NCBI GenBank assembly: GCA_051530055.1
Contig: CM121341.1
Location: 16,718,784-16,782,783, forward strand
Source: Neoechinorhynchus agilis
Taxonomy: Eukaryota > Animalia > Acanthocephala
Direction: 5' to 3'
DNA length: 64,000 nucleotides
Position 1 is the stretch's first letter. Each line of letters opens with the position of its first letter. The position numbers and the translations under genes were made by a program. Below are positions 47,758 to 60,039 of this stretch, one piece after another. Under the pieces are notes generated by a model. The model ran no database searches and was not told the origin of the DNA. It saw only the letters and a list, made by a program, of their open reading frames with translations.

Positions 47758-49114
47758 ACGATGTAGCAGCCGAGTTTTGGAAGTCTTAATGCTGGAACAC
47801 AGCCACGTGGCTTGCAGCCTTTTTCAATAAAGTGATAGAAGTCGAAAGATCTCCGAGTGAGTGGCAAATTAGCACAACAGTACCTATATGGAAAAAGAAC
47901 GGAAATCCAGCCGAATGCAAAAATTACCGATCGATCCGACTAATATCCCACACTATGAAAATCTATGAACGAATTATCTAAGCGCGCATCCATAATATTG
48001 TCGAAATCAGCGCCAATCAAACAGATTTCGTGAAAGGCTATATAGCACAGTCGATGCGATTCATGCTGTGCGACTTTTCTTTGAGAAATATTGTGAGAGA
48101 AACCTACCGATCCACGCAGCCTTCCTCGACCTCGAAAAAGCGTTCGACCGTGTACCGCGTGAATTCATCTGGCACGCGTTACGTAACCATAGAGTCCCAG
48201 AGGGGTTCGTAAAGTGCGTGAAACTGCTATATACAGATCCTAGGAGCAGAGTACGAAGCGCGACGGGGATATGCTTTCAAAATCTCGATTGGCGTTCATC
48301 AGGGAAGCGCGCTTTCCCCCGTATTATTTATACTTGTCATGGAAACAATCAGCCAAGTCATACAGCGCGTCCTACCCCATTCACAATCCTTTATACCGAC
48401 GACGTCTTTCTGTCTTCCGGGGACAAAGATTATCTCGAAAAATTGGTAGAGGCATGGCATGATAAACTTTCAAAACACGGACTGCGTCTAAATCTTGGCA
48501 AGTCAATGTATTTAACAACCAAGGCAAACGAAACCGGCACTGACTTGCCACGTTGCGAAAAATTCCGCTACCTCGGATAAAAGATCTCGTCCGACGTTGA
48601 GTTTAAAACAGAAATCAATGAACGAATCAATGCAACGTGGCTAAAGTGGAGGAGGACGGCAACGGGTGTCCAATGTGATCGAAAATTAAAGGACGCATCC
48701 AAGTCAGTGATCTACAGAACAGTAGTCCGACCAGTTGCGCTGTACGGCTCCGAATGTTGGCCCATTACGAAGGCTGCTAAAAAAGATTAGCCAGCATGGA
48801 ATCGAATATGTTACGTTGGACTAGTGGACACACTCGCCTGGATCATGTCCGAAATGACGACATCAGACTTCGTTGTGATGTTGCGCCGATCGTCGACAAG
48901 CTCAGAGAAAGCCGCCTCGGCTGTATGGTCATGTGATGCGCTCGAGCGAGGGTGCCCTAGAGAGGGCTAAGCTGGAAATCGAGATGAAAGGCAAACGAGC
49001 CCGAGGTCAACCAAAACAACGCTGGCTCGATATTAATCGAAGCGATCTTCGAACAACTAAACTTATCCCGAACGAAGCCACTAATCGAATAAAATGGCGG
49101 ACACTATCAAAAGT

Positions 49115-49341
49115 TTCAATTGGCGATGTTTTATTCCGAAAAAATAGATTTATCTTGATATTTTCGGCCTTTGCGTTGGCCTTCTTCAGTCAATTGCTTG
49201 TAAGTTTTTAAATATTGGAATTTAAAAACTTACAAGCAATTGACTGAAGAAGGCCAACGCAAAGGCCGAAAATATCAAGATAAATCTTTTTTTTCGGAAT
49301 AAAACATCGCTAATTGAAACTGAAACTATAATTTTTTTACA
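49115..49341. mobile_element. 227-bp palindromic double-hammerhead element, family B, with 12-bp TSD
   Basis: 102-bp arms (49112-49213 / 49220-49321, 2 mismatches, 6-nt loop); flanked by ACTATCAAAAGT (49103-49114) and ACTATTAAAAGT (49342-49353). Confidence 0.88.
49244..49276 (+). ncRNA. Minimal hammerhead ribozyme, family B (mirror copy at 49157-49189, minus strand)
   Basis: CTGAAGA-A-GGCC(aacgcaaa)GGCC-GAAAATATC; one extra A relative to the 17116 copy. Confidence 0.72.
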
Positions 49342-50248
49342 ACTATTAAAAGTAGCCGATCCCGCATCCAAATAGGACAAAGGCTGAAGAGGAGGAGGAA
49401 GAAGAAGAAGAATTGAACGACGGCTCTTGAAAATTCAAATGATTAGCAAAATGGCATTAATGCCATAATCTTGTGAAAGAACTTCCTTAATTCGTTCTGA
49501 GTCAATTAAAATTCGGGGGAAAAATATTTACGAAATAGATACACTTCGTGAAATTTAGGATAAACAAAATTGATAAAACTGGCGACGTTTCGATGACCAA
49601 GTCAAATTTTTGAGAGTTTAACCGAATAAATGCAAAATGCACAAAGGTATTTTAAAACATGTTTTTTATGATCTTGTACAGTAAATAAGTTCAATTGGTA
49701 CGACGCGGTTTCATTGTATATTTAGTTCAAGGGGTGCAAAATAATTTGAGCTATGCATCTTAGATTATTAGTTCATCGGCGATTTAAAGTCTAGGAAGGA
49801 AACAACTGTTGATAGACGTTAATCGAAGATATTTGAAAAGAACATCATCGACTTGAGTTTTGATTATTTTCGTCTAAATTTTTTTGTTTCTAATGACACA
49901 ACCTAAAGTAATGCCGCAACCAAAGTCGCTTTGATCATGCTAAACTTCAGCCAATTTAAAATTACGATCCTTATGCAGATCGGAATTCAAATCATGGTTT
50001 CAAAAATTTTAAATAAAATGTCAAAAATCTTGAGCCTGTAAGAGATGTATTGAATCTATATAAACAGCGTGATACTTCTAAATGCAAATTTATACCAAAT
50101 TATGCGTATCTTGAAGTCTTGAAAAAATTATTCCGGAATTTCGTTTATAACGTGCGCTGATTGCAAAGTATGATCGGGTTCATTGAACGCTTTCTCCTTC
50201 AACCTCCTACTCCCGAATTAAAGTAAACAAAAAGTTATTTGAAGTACG

Positions 50249-50857
50249 TTACGGACTAGAAGCTGCATACCTCCACCACCAATGTGATTGTGGTAGACAT
50301 TCAAAGTCTTGATCGCTCAACAACTCTCCCTCACTTGTTTTCGTGAATATGAAATGTTTTATAATTGCATCGAAAACTTCTACAGTTTGTGGTTTTATGA
50401 GAATATCGGTATATTCCTTTAATTTTACACAGTTTGACCAATCTTTTTCTTTATCGGGTACTCGGAGATCGCCAATATACACATTGATCGATTCAGCGAA
50501 TTCCATTCGGAAAAATTCAAACGCTGAACGCAACATGCAACCATCGTCAAGACTGTAATACTCCGCATGTGATGCCAGTCTCTCTCCCATCATGGCGACT
50601 GCAGTGAAACATCGTGGATTCTTTAAAAGTTCCGATGTCAGCGATGCAATCAGCGGTCGACATTCGAGCTTGGTTGAAATGATGACACCGATGTCTTGTT
50701 TGTTCTTCATTGCATCTCTAACGAAATTGTAAATAAGTTCAAGTAAATCGAATGTCATTGACCAATCGAATTGCGATTCTCGACCAATCGTCTCAGTGTA
50801 TTCTAAAATCCGTGAAAGTACGCGCAGAACGTTGTCCGAATCACCAGCAAACGACAT
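50249..50857 (-). CDS. 202-aa protein of unknown function with C-terminal PQSHWWW motif
   Basis: Clean ATG-initiated ORF preceded by a TTGTAG acceptor; predicted helical; family not recognised. Confidence 0.65.
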   Translation of the reverse strand: MSFAGDSDNVLRVLSRILEYTETIGRESQFDWSMTFDLLELIYNFVRDAMKNKQDIGVIISTKLECRPLIASLTSELLKNPRCFTAVAMMGERLASHAEYYSLDDGCMLRSAFEFFRMEFAESINVYIGDLRVPDKEKDWSNCVKLKEYTDILIKPQTVEVFDAIIKHFIFTKTSEGELLSDQDFECLPQSHWWWRYAASSP

Positions 50858-51269
50858 TTACGATAATCTCGTGCTTTTAATTCTACAAGAAAATGGTTGT
50901 TAAGGCAACAAAATTCGTTTTAATCATAAAATGCCAATAATCATTTCGCAATGACAAAATGGTGGCCTTAGAGCTCATATCACACTGGTGACAAACTAAA
51001 AATATCGTCTCTGGCATTATTGTTCATTGCATTGTTCATAACAAGGGTATCTGAGCTAGCGTTATATCCAAAGTTCTTTATTATAAGTCAAATGTTTACT
51101 TAGCAACAATTCAGGATAACATCAATGAAAATGAGTTTAGTAACCGTCTTTTACAATGTAGGATGTGCTTTAGCCAGTATACGCTAGCAAATATTCTAAA
51201 ACAAAAACTTATTGCAGTTCTGATGAGCAATCCCGGATAAAAAATATATTATTGAAATATTTTGCGATG

Positions 51270-52023
51270 TAGTTTTTATGTATATAAACACGTTTTATTT
51301 AAAAGAGGAAGAAGAATAGGTCACCGAACCTTGTAACTTAGGTAAGTTGACTATGGTTTGTAAATGATTTATTATGATATTGTTTGTTGCTGTAGGCTTG
51401 CTGCGGTGTTTGTTAAGCAAGATTGGACTGGCGGTAAGTATGAGTGGTAGAGGTGGAAGGATGTTTTCGAAGTAAAGGTCTTGTGGTAGAAGGTTTTTGC
51501 GTTTGAGAGTTTTGGGAGAGTTAGATGGGGAGTTTTAGGAGAGATGGGAATTCCGGGACGCGGTGGAGAATTTCAGGAGTACAGATTTTTCAAAGTTTAT
51601 TGATTCGAGGGGTTGCTTTCTATTGATTTTTGGACAATTTTGCGACTCGAGGGTGTTGATTATGATAATGAAATTGGTCATTTGGAAGTCGCAAGCGTCT
51701 GAGCAAAAGAGACGGTTTTGGAATTGAATTATGAGGCGGTTGTCTTTACGGCCTGGCCGAAACCTCAAACGAAAGGACGGGATGTGAAGTCTTTTTTGAG
51801 CCTCTTAGGCAACTTGACTAACGTTGATACGGGCAGTCTTCTTCTGAGCATTCGAAGAAGCGTTGGCTTACCCGTCTTTTTTGTCATTGTCAAGAGGAGA
51901 AATAGGATGAGCGTTGAGATGTATTAGACTTGCGGAGAGCGAGACGCTCAAGAGAAATCGATGTTGAAAGAGAGTATAGAAGTCATCGTTGGAAAGTTTT
52001 TAAGACGAAAGATGTCTTGAAAA
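51270..52023 (-). mobile_element. CR1-group LINE fragment, decayed
   Basis: Same purine/pyrimidine strand bias and AATAAAACGTGTT 3' end as the other copies; degenerate RT motif FCSDACDFQ. Confidence 0.55.
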
Positions 52024-52520
52024 CTAAGAAGCACTGGCAGATGAGGCGATCAATTCAATAAAGTGTGATCTAATCGGGGTTATGATCACCGGAACTAAAA
52101 ATTCTACCATCCCGATGGATTTTCTCTCGATGATTAATAAAAAGTTATTGATTACAATAAGTTCATAAATTACTCTTGCAGTGTTAATTCTCAAAAATCA
52201 ATCAGTGTTTTGCAATGGCCCCTTAAGGATCCAAGAAAATGTCTTTGGTGTTAACGCACATCTTTACTTCTTGCTCCCATTTGTGCCATACACTAATATT
52301 TTCGCCTAGCAAAGCTCATATTAACGATATGGAATAAACGCAACTGCCTAAAAAATACGATAGGCGCAGTGCTAAAAAAGGAGTAAGAAGCGAAGGGATT
52401 CTCGTGACAACTCTTTTGTGCTATGAGTGCCAAATTGTCGTCGATATTCTTTTTTTGCCTCAATGCTTCTCTGAAAACGTTCAATATTCGCCACGAAGCT
52501 ATGTATTTATTTAAATAAGT
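52024..52520 (-). repeat. Inverted third partial copy of the duplication's distal end
   Basis: Reverse complement of ~31230-31640 / 4803-5065. Confidence 0.88.
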
Positions 52521-52886
52521 ATGCATACAATCCGGTCTCATTGAGCATCTTTGACCATTTACAGAATTTTGAGCTGATTTTTGTCGACTATTACCATTGT
52601 TTACTTCCTCCTGATATCTACCAAAGGCTGATCTCTGAGTCGAGGAGATCTGGAATAAATAACAACAACGGACAAGAAGGGGCAAACTAAAATTTAATGA
52701 TGATGAAAACAAACCCGGCTTGCCAGTAAAACTTAAAACATAATTAGTTAAGATATAAAACAAAATCAATCATTTCGTTAGGAACAATTTTTTGCAACAA
52801 ACCACAGACAATCAAAAAAGATATACAAAATGAGTCATACATACAATTAAGACTAATAATCACAGCCATTTTGTTATTTCAATTTT

Positions 52887-55464
52887 TTGTTAGGCGTGAT
52901 CTGTATAATCCGTTTTTATAGGCTTCTAAGCATGCCGAATTATCCCGCAGGGGACTGCGGGATAATTCTTTTGTTATTTCAACATTATTTTCGTTATTCC
53001 CTTCTGATCTCGAGGCTCGTAGATCAGTCAAATGGAAATGAGGAGGGGAATCTCCGCGAGGTTCGTAAGGGGCGCACGAAGGAAGAGTTTCGCTGCCGTT
53101 TTTCAAAGCGATCACTGACTGAACGTGTCTCTTCGAAGCTTGAGGACGGAGATGTTCGGGGGGCTGTTCGGTTATTGTCATCCTCCAACAGTTTCGCAAA
53201 AGGAGACAGCGATACGCTACAAATACTCCGGTCGAAGCACCCATGTAGTAGCGGAAGTTTTGAAATTCCGTCTCCTCCCTTACAAGACATTTCAGAGTTA
53301 CAAAAGGCCATCTCAGCTTTTGCAAATGGTTCGGGTCACGGGCTTGACGGACTAAGGCCTCAGCACCTAAAGGACACGATGTCCTTTACAACTGGTGAAG
53401 CAGCTCTCTCTCTAGGAAGTGCGCTTTCTCGAATAGTCGACCGCCTGACTGGAGAGGACCTGAACCCCGTTGCAAAGGACCTATTTTTCGGAGCCTCATT
53501 GTGTGCGCTCACAAAAAAAGAAGGTGGGATCCGTCCCATTGCCGTACTTTCGATGATACGTCGACTCGCAGGAAAAATTCTCTGCAAACGTATTACAGAG
53601 AAAACCGGACAGCAACTTCGTCCAGTCCAACTGGGCTGCTGCACATCCTGCGGGGCGGAAGCTATTGTCCGCTCGCTCCGAAACTTTGCTACGAGAAGCT
53701 CAGAGCCGTGCGTGATTCTTAAGTGTGATTTTCAGAACACCTTTAATTCTCTCAATAGAGAAACCATGTTCTGCGCAATTAGGGATCACGCACCAGAAGC
53801 CTTCCAGTATTTTCTCAATGCCTACGGAACCGCGACTCCTTTGCTTTTCGAAGACCTACTCATTTGGTCCGAAAGAGGAGTGCAGCAAGGAGATCCCCTT
53901 GGTCCAATCGCATTCTCCCTAACAATAAATCCAATAGCACATTCTCTCCATTCTAGCTTCAACGCTTGGTACTTTGATGACGCTACGCTCGGAGGTGATT
54001 CCTCCGTTGCACTGCGCGATTTGGAGACGCTGATTAGGGAGACCTCGAAGATGGGCATTGAGCACAATGCTGGAAAATGTGAGCTCCTTGTATTGAATAT
54101 TGGAGACGCCACCAAAGTCGAAGAACTAATGGCTGGGTTCGAGGCCGTAGCTCCAGGTCTGAAACTCGTGACATGGGAGCAACTCAGCCTCCTGGGCAGT
54201 TGCGTCTTCGATTCAAATGTGGAAGATGAAATCGGTCATATCATACCGAAACTTTCGTTGCTGTGCGATAGAGTGAGCGCTCTCTTGGCTCATGAAACCT
54301 TCTTTCTCATAAAGAACGCGCTCTTCATCCCCAAATTATTGTACAAGGTTCACACAGCAACATTTTTCAAACACAAAAAAGGATTGGCAAAGCTGGTCGG
54401 CAAGTTGAGGGCTTGCCTCGAGCGTATTTTAAATGTCCAGCTCTCAGATGAGGCGTGGCGACAAGCTTTTTTGCCTGTGTCATCTGGGGGATTGGGAATT
54501 CGGGCACTAGTGGACCTTGCTTTGCCGGCCTTTCTTGGATCGTTTGAGGGGAGCCAAGAAAATTTTGAAGGAAAAGTTCTGTCTTGGCCGGGATTTTGTG
54601 GTGGCGGTTGAGGAATGGTGCCAGCAGACAGGCGCTAACCATGTTCCCGTGAATGGCCTCAGACAGTCGATCTGGGACGCACCTCTTGTCGCGAGAGCTC
54701 ACAGCTCTCTACTTTCCGGTTCTCGCGATGGGGTCGTCCGAGCTAGACTGTTGGCAGTTTCAACACGAGAATCTGGGGCGTGGTTGGAGGCTGTTCCTCT
54801 GGCATCAGTGGGAACTCTTCTTACTGATGAGGTAACGAGGATCGCAGTATCCTTAAGACTTGGTCTCCCGATATGCACGCCCCATCGCTGTCGATGTGGG
54901 TCTTTGGTTGATGCTTTCGGGCGAAACGGTCTCGTCTGCAGAAGGTCAGGAGGAAGGTTCTCACGCCATTCTGAAATCAATAACGCAATTTCTCGGGCGT
55001 TGAGAATGGCGAACTTCCCGAGCATCCTGGAACCCGCCCACCTTTGTCGACTAGACGGCCGTAGGCCCGATGGAATTTCGGTCTTCGTGTGGCGGGAGGG
55101 CAAATGCCTTCTCTAGGACGCCACGTGCGTGGACACCCTCGCAGCCAGCAACATCCCCTACTCCCTCGAAATCGCCGGTGGTGCCGCCAGTGCAGCGGAA
55201 GGGATGAAAATACGGAAATATATTCAGTTATCGAGGGCTCACTATTTTGTCCCCTTTGGGGTAGAGACGCATGGAGCGCTCGGCAGCTCGGCACTCTTTC
55301 TGCTCCAGGATCTCTCGAAGAACTTGAGAGAGGCAGCCGGAGACTCAAGAGCAGGCTTATTCCTTCGACAAAATATCTCGCTGGCAGTACAACGAGGCAA
55401 TGCTGCCAGCGTGATGGCGACGGTCGAGGAAGGACAAAAGCTGGAATTTTGCGGGAGGTGGTGA
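52887..55464 (+). mobile_element. CRE-clade non-LTR retrotransposon, 5'-truncated, with one frameshift and one nonsense codon
   Basis: KLEDGDVRGAVRLLSS, GLDGLRPQHLKD, GVQQGDPLGP, WYFDD; zinc knuckle CRCG...C...RH; RLE RPDG...GKCLL*DATCVDT...FGVETHG...LAVQRGNA. Confidence 0.93.
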
Positions 55465-55599
55465 GTGTGCTTCAAACAGATTGTTTGAATTGTTAAAAAT
55501 ATTTATCTCAAAAAGATAACTGTAAAGAAATTTGCGTTTCTAATAATTATTATTGTATTAACGTGTTTAACAATGCTTTATTATAAACTGAAATAACTT

Positions 55600-56105
55600 A
55601 GATGCCAGAGGAGCAGTTCGTCTTTTATCATCAATGGACAGTCGCCAAAGATGACGAAACTTTACGAACTCTTCGTTTGAAACATCCCAGTGGCGGCGGT
55701 CAGCAGAATTTCGAAGTATCCTCGTCCTTCGATAAGATCCCTTATGTTTTATCATCGAAATCAGAATTGAAGATGGCAATCTCCTCTTTTGCTAACGGAT
55801 CAGTTCACGGGCTTGACGGGCTGCGGCCTCAACACCTGAAGGATATGACTTCCTTTTCAGTAGATGACGCTGCCCAGTCCCTTGAAGATGCATTGACACA
55901 CCCAGTCAACCAATTTACAGGCGGAAAGTTTATTCCAAAAGCAATTGAGTTATTTTTCGGCGCATCATTGTGCGCCCGCCCAAAAAATGAAGGTGGGATT
56001 CGTCCCATTGCAGTTGGAACAACTCTGCGCCGCTTAACAACAAAAATTTTAAATAAAAGGATCTCGGAAAAAGTGGGGATGCTGCTTCACCTTACTCAGT
56101 TAGGC
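55600..56105 (+). mobile_element. Second CRE copy (N-terminal RT fragment), in tandem
   Basis: DARGAVRLLSS, ANGSVHGLDGLRPQHLKD, GGIRPIAVGTTLRRL. Confidence 0.88.
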
Positions 56106-56756
56106 TATCGCCATCGCGTCTTCAAAAAGCGTTCCCGCATAAAGATGTTCGAAGATCGTGAAATCGTTAGTTTCATTAAAAGATCACAATAATTGAACGA
56201 GGTTCATGGAATTTCGATCAAGCATGACGACCAACTTTATTACACTTGAAGAGATTCCGTAGTAAATAAATTAGACCGATAACCAGTCGACAAGAAACTA
56301 ACTTTATACAGCGATCCAATCGTCGAAATGGAGCTCTTAAAAGTTCGGGTAAGTAGACAAAATCAAATGTGAGATCTACGGGGATAGTAAATTTGCATAA
56401 ATTCAGAAAACATACCGAGAATCGTAACGGTATTCGTTTCTAGAAGGGTGACGGCCAGTAGCATACAGCCGAGTATCACACTTAAATGAAAGATGAGTTT
56501 AGGGATTTTGTGTCCACGTTTTTGTACCAAGAATCGACAAAGGTAGACTTAGGCATGCTCCATAAGTCAATAGAACCGTTGGAGAATTTCGGTCAACTTT
56601 TTCATATCATTTTAAGGTTAGGGGTATTTGTAGCATTCGATTAGAATTCATGGCATTCAAAGGTTGCCTAGGTATAATGTTTTACTGTAGCTTAATTGGG
56701 CCAAAGCGTGTTTCAAAAATCGACTGATTAACAAAGTATGACAATGGTTTATTTAG

Positions 56757-58190
56757 AGACATATCGTACAACAAAATCAAAAGCATATTAACCGGAATGA
56801 CAACCCGTCTGAGAAATTTACGGAATATGTAGGTCCATACTTTCAGCACTCGTTTTAATAAAAAGAAATTTAAAGTAATTTGAATGGAAACGATATTTGG
56901 TTCGTAGAATTCAATGCGTTTCACTCTTGTAATCAAATTGAAGAAATGTAAGTATACGACGTACAATGCAAAGCAATCGTGTTCAGACATTTAGCTGACA
57001 ATCGATTACCTTACGTCCCGCATCTTTACGGAATTCCGTTTCTAAAATTACTGTAAGAATAACCTTTTCTTTAACACAAAAGCCCAACTTTCGCAGAGAT
57101 CTAAATGGCAATCGAATCCACCAAATTACTCATACTGTTTTACTGTACCAATCTTATATTGTCGAACTGTAAGTCTAGACCTTCACATTTTTTAATTTTA
57201 TTCCCAATTAGTCGACTGAGCCGTAATGAGTTCAAAACAGTAGATTCAAATGGATTCGGGGCGAATATAATCGTTATGTGAGTACTTCTACTGTGCATCT
57301 CTATTTTTTTTACCCTTGCAATTCCATTTCCGATAGAGATTTCTCCAACAACCAACTCGATTCAGATGTGCAGCGATCATTGGCAACAATGTCCAAACTT
57401 ATTTATCTGTAAGTTTACCCATCCACAAGAGTGTTAACCGAAATTCCGATATTTCCCTTCCTTTTTTAGGTATCGACGATTTAGCTTTATATTAATCGAA
57501 ATGCCCTATTTAAGAAATGATATCGAATTTCAAAGGTTACAATGATGTTGTTTATTAAATTTCGGAATTCATAACCTCCGTTTTGTTTCGATTTCGAGCC
57601 ATTAATTGTTAACGTAGAAAAGCTATAGTTTTAAACAATAGCCGGAGAAATTATTGTTGTTGCATGTATTGTGTTACAATAAAGGATAACAACCTTAAAT
57701 CTTATAGAAACTTATCTCACAACAATCTAACGCATCTTGATTTCGATCTTTTTAATAATCAAAAAATCTTACAACTTTAGACCTTTCCAATAATCTCATC
57801 AAGTATGTATTGGATAGCGACGTTTATCTACCATCTTTAAAATTATTGTGAGTCCTCTCAACTAATTAGCATTCGATTAAACTAAATGAATTTAGAAATC
57901 TTACAAGTAATAACATAAAATATTTCATGCTCAGTGTACTTTTCAAATTCTGTAATAGACCGATAATGTAAGTGTTTGAATACATTTTTTACAATTTACA
58001 AAATAGAGATTTACGATGCCATAATTTTATTATATTTACAGGATGTTGTAATGCCCTAGCATTGTCTCGCGAGTAAAAGATGTCACATTTGTTTAAGCAT
58101 CCTTTAAAGGTTTCCTTGAAGTTTATTTGTCTTAAACAAGGGAAATTAGAATATCTCAGTGATGAAGTGCGACAACGAGTCAATCGAAAA
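56757..58190 (+). pseudogene. Micro-exon extracellular-type LRR gene with lesions (extends further upstream, less clearly)
   Basis: Phase-2/2 exons 56757-56828 (72 nt), 56876-56947 (72), 56987-57052 (66), 57097-57168 (72), 57212-57277 (66), 57337-57408 (72), 57470-57535 (66, weak), 57708-57847 (140, needs +1), 57896-57967 (72). Mostly separated by 39-61 nt GT-AG introns. Repeats such as DISYNKIKSI, NLNGNDI, DLNGNRI, DFSNNQL, NLSHNNL and DLSNNLI. Confidence 0.85.
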
Positions 58191-58859
58191 GTAAGGAAAC
58201 CTCCTTACTTCTATGTTCACAATGAATTTTAAAGAACTAACAATTACAAATCGTATTTAAAAACAACGAATCTAAATCGAACTATTTACTCTCAGCCGAA
58301 TTATCAATACTATATCACATGTTAAAAGAAACAGTAAAAAATTTTAATGAAGAATTTTTCTGTGATGACATTTTTTATGCCTGGAAGCACCAAATCATTT
58401 CTGATCTTTAAGAATTTTGTGACTCTTCCAAAAACCTTCGAAAAGCGGAGAGATTAAAGTAGTAGAAAGAAAGATCGCATTTATATTTGACCAATAAGCA
58501 ATTGCATTGAATTTCAAAGAATCATGACTGATTAAATGATGGTCAGTTGGTCGTCGTGACCACATTAATCAATTAAAACACATTTGACGAAACTAAGATT
58601 TTTGCCGGTGATGCCAAAATACCATATTCCTTAACGGAAGCCTTTTTCCTTTGAAAATCGTCGGGCTTTTTTTTCATGATCGACGGTGCCCTTATTTCTA
58701 ACTCTTTACGTTTTGTGTTCAAGGTATTTTGTAAGCATTTTCGGTTGTAAATTTGAAATGCAAAGTTCACGATTTCATGTAATTTGCAATGAATTTTAAA
58801 GTTTTTTGTGAGTTAAATTTATTAAATTTTGCAAGTTTTGGAAGATAATGTTCTGTCGG

Positions 58860-59900
58860 CCGCGGTTTTCCTCAAGCTGGCAGCATTCCCTCATTGTACT
58901 GCGAGGGAGATGTTCTGTTTAAGGAATGCTGTCGTACGCGGGTCCCTTTTCATCGCCATCGACCTCCTTGCTATATGGGATACAAGCTGAAGTGCGGAAG
59001 TATGTGCAAAAACTTTGCGATGTAGAGGCAATTTTTAATAAAAAACGGTCTCGTGAGACGTTAGGTCTGAACATCTCTCACGCAGCAAACTCAGGACGCC
59101 AAATATATTTGTTACGTCCTTCGGAACATTCTCCTTGAAAACGCATGAACCCCGGAGACTTGAGTCGCAAATATTGATTCGTTTGATGCTCGGAGCGACA
59201 CTTTTGAATTGCTCGTAAACCTGCGAGCTTTCTGTGTCGTCCATGTTCAGGAGTAGCAATCCACACTTTGAGCTGTTCAACTCGAGGCATATCTTGGAGC
59301 TGATCTCGATGATACGGTAAATATCACCCAGAACAGAGAGTATCGTATCCAAGGGTGCCGTCCTCCATGTACCACGCGTTGAAGTTCGATTTTGGTGGCC
59401 TCACCAATGGATTGATTGCATCGAACCGAAGGAGTCACCCTGTTGCACTTCCCGTTGGGACCAGATAATGTTTCGATTATAAATCAGGGGTGAAGGGGCG
59501 CCGTAGGCTGTGAAGAAATATTGTAGTCTGCGGGATGTGCATTTTAACCTCGTCAAGTAGGACATTCCGTTCCAGAGAACAGAAAGCATTCTTGAAGTCC
59601 GCCTTCAAGACTATGCATCGATCCGTCGACGTTTCAACGAAGTTCCTTAAGGCGTGAACGATTGCTTCGGCTACACAAGGAGAGCAACAGCCGAGTTGCG
59701 CTGGGAGCAGCAGGCAGCCAACAGTCGAAGAAACCCTTTTCGAAACGATTTTGGCCACTAAACGCCTGAGTGTATTGCCAACAGCGATGGGACGGGTGCC
59801 ACGGTTGGCAGAGAATAGAAGCTCAGTAGGAAACGATCCTAGATTGTGGTTAAGCAAGCGATCGAACAACTTTCGCAAGGCAAGTTTGACTGAGATGCCA
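58860..59900 (-). mobile_element. CRE-clade RT fragment, decayed
   Basis: GTRPIAVGNTLRRLVAK, QLGCCSPCVAEAIVHALR, LKADFKNAF, EVQQGD. Confidence 0.85.
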
Positions 59901-60039
59901 CTCCCAGCTGAAGTGAAGGATACCATATCTATTTTTAAGTTTGTTTTCCTTTCATATTCAATTAAGAGAAAAAGTATGCAATGACAATGTTTTAACAAAT
60001 ATAGGTCTATAAAGGTGAATGCAGCAAGAAACTCATTTA

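Larger units (their letters stand above)
47750..49410 (+). mobile_element. RTE-clade LINE, 5'-truncated and decayed, interrupted by a 227-bp insertion
   Basis: AEFWK, VPIWKKNG...KNYR, FLDLEKAFDRVPRE, YTDD, YGSECW. C-terminus KWRTLSK|VADPASK* is restored by removing 49115-49341 plus one TSD; (GAG/GAA)n tail at ~49387-49412. Confidence 0.9.

Noticed and set aside
49580-49615. TGAC(ttg)GTCATCGAAACGTC on the minus strand, as a hammerhead
   Set aside because: The 3' half fits but no CTGANGA box is present.
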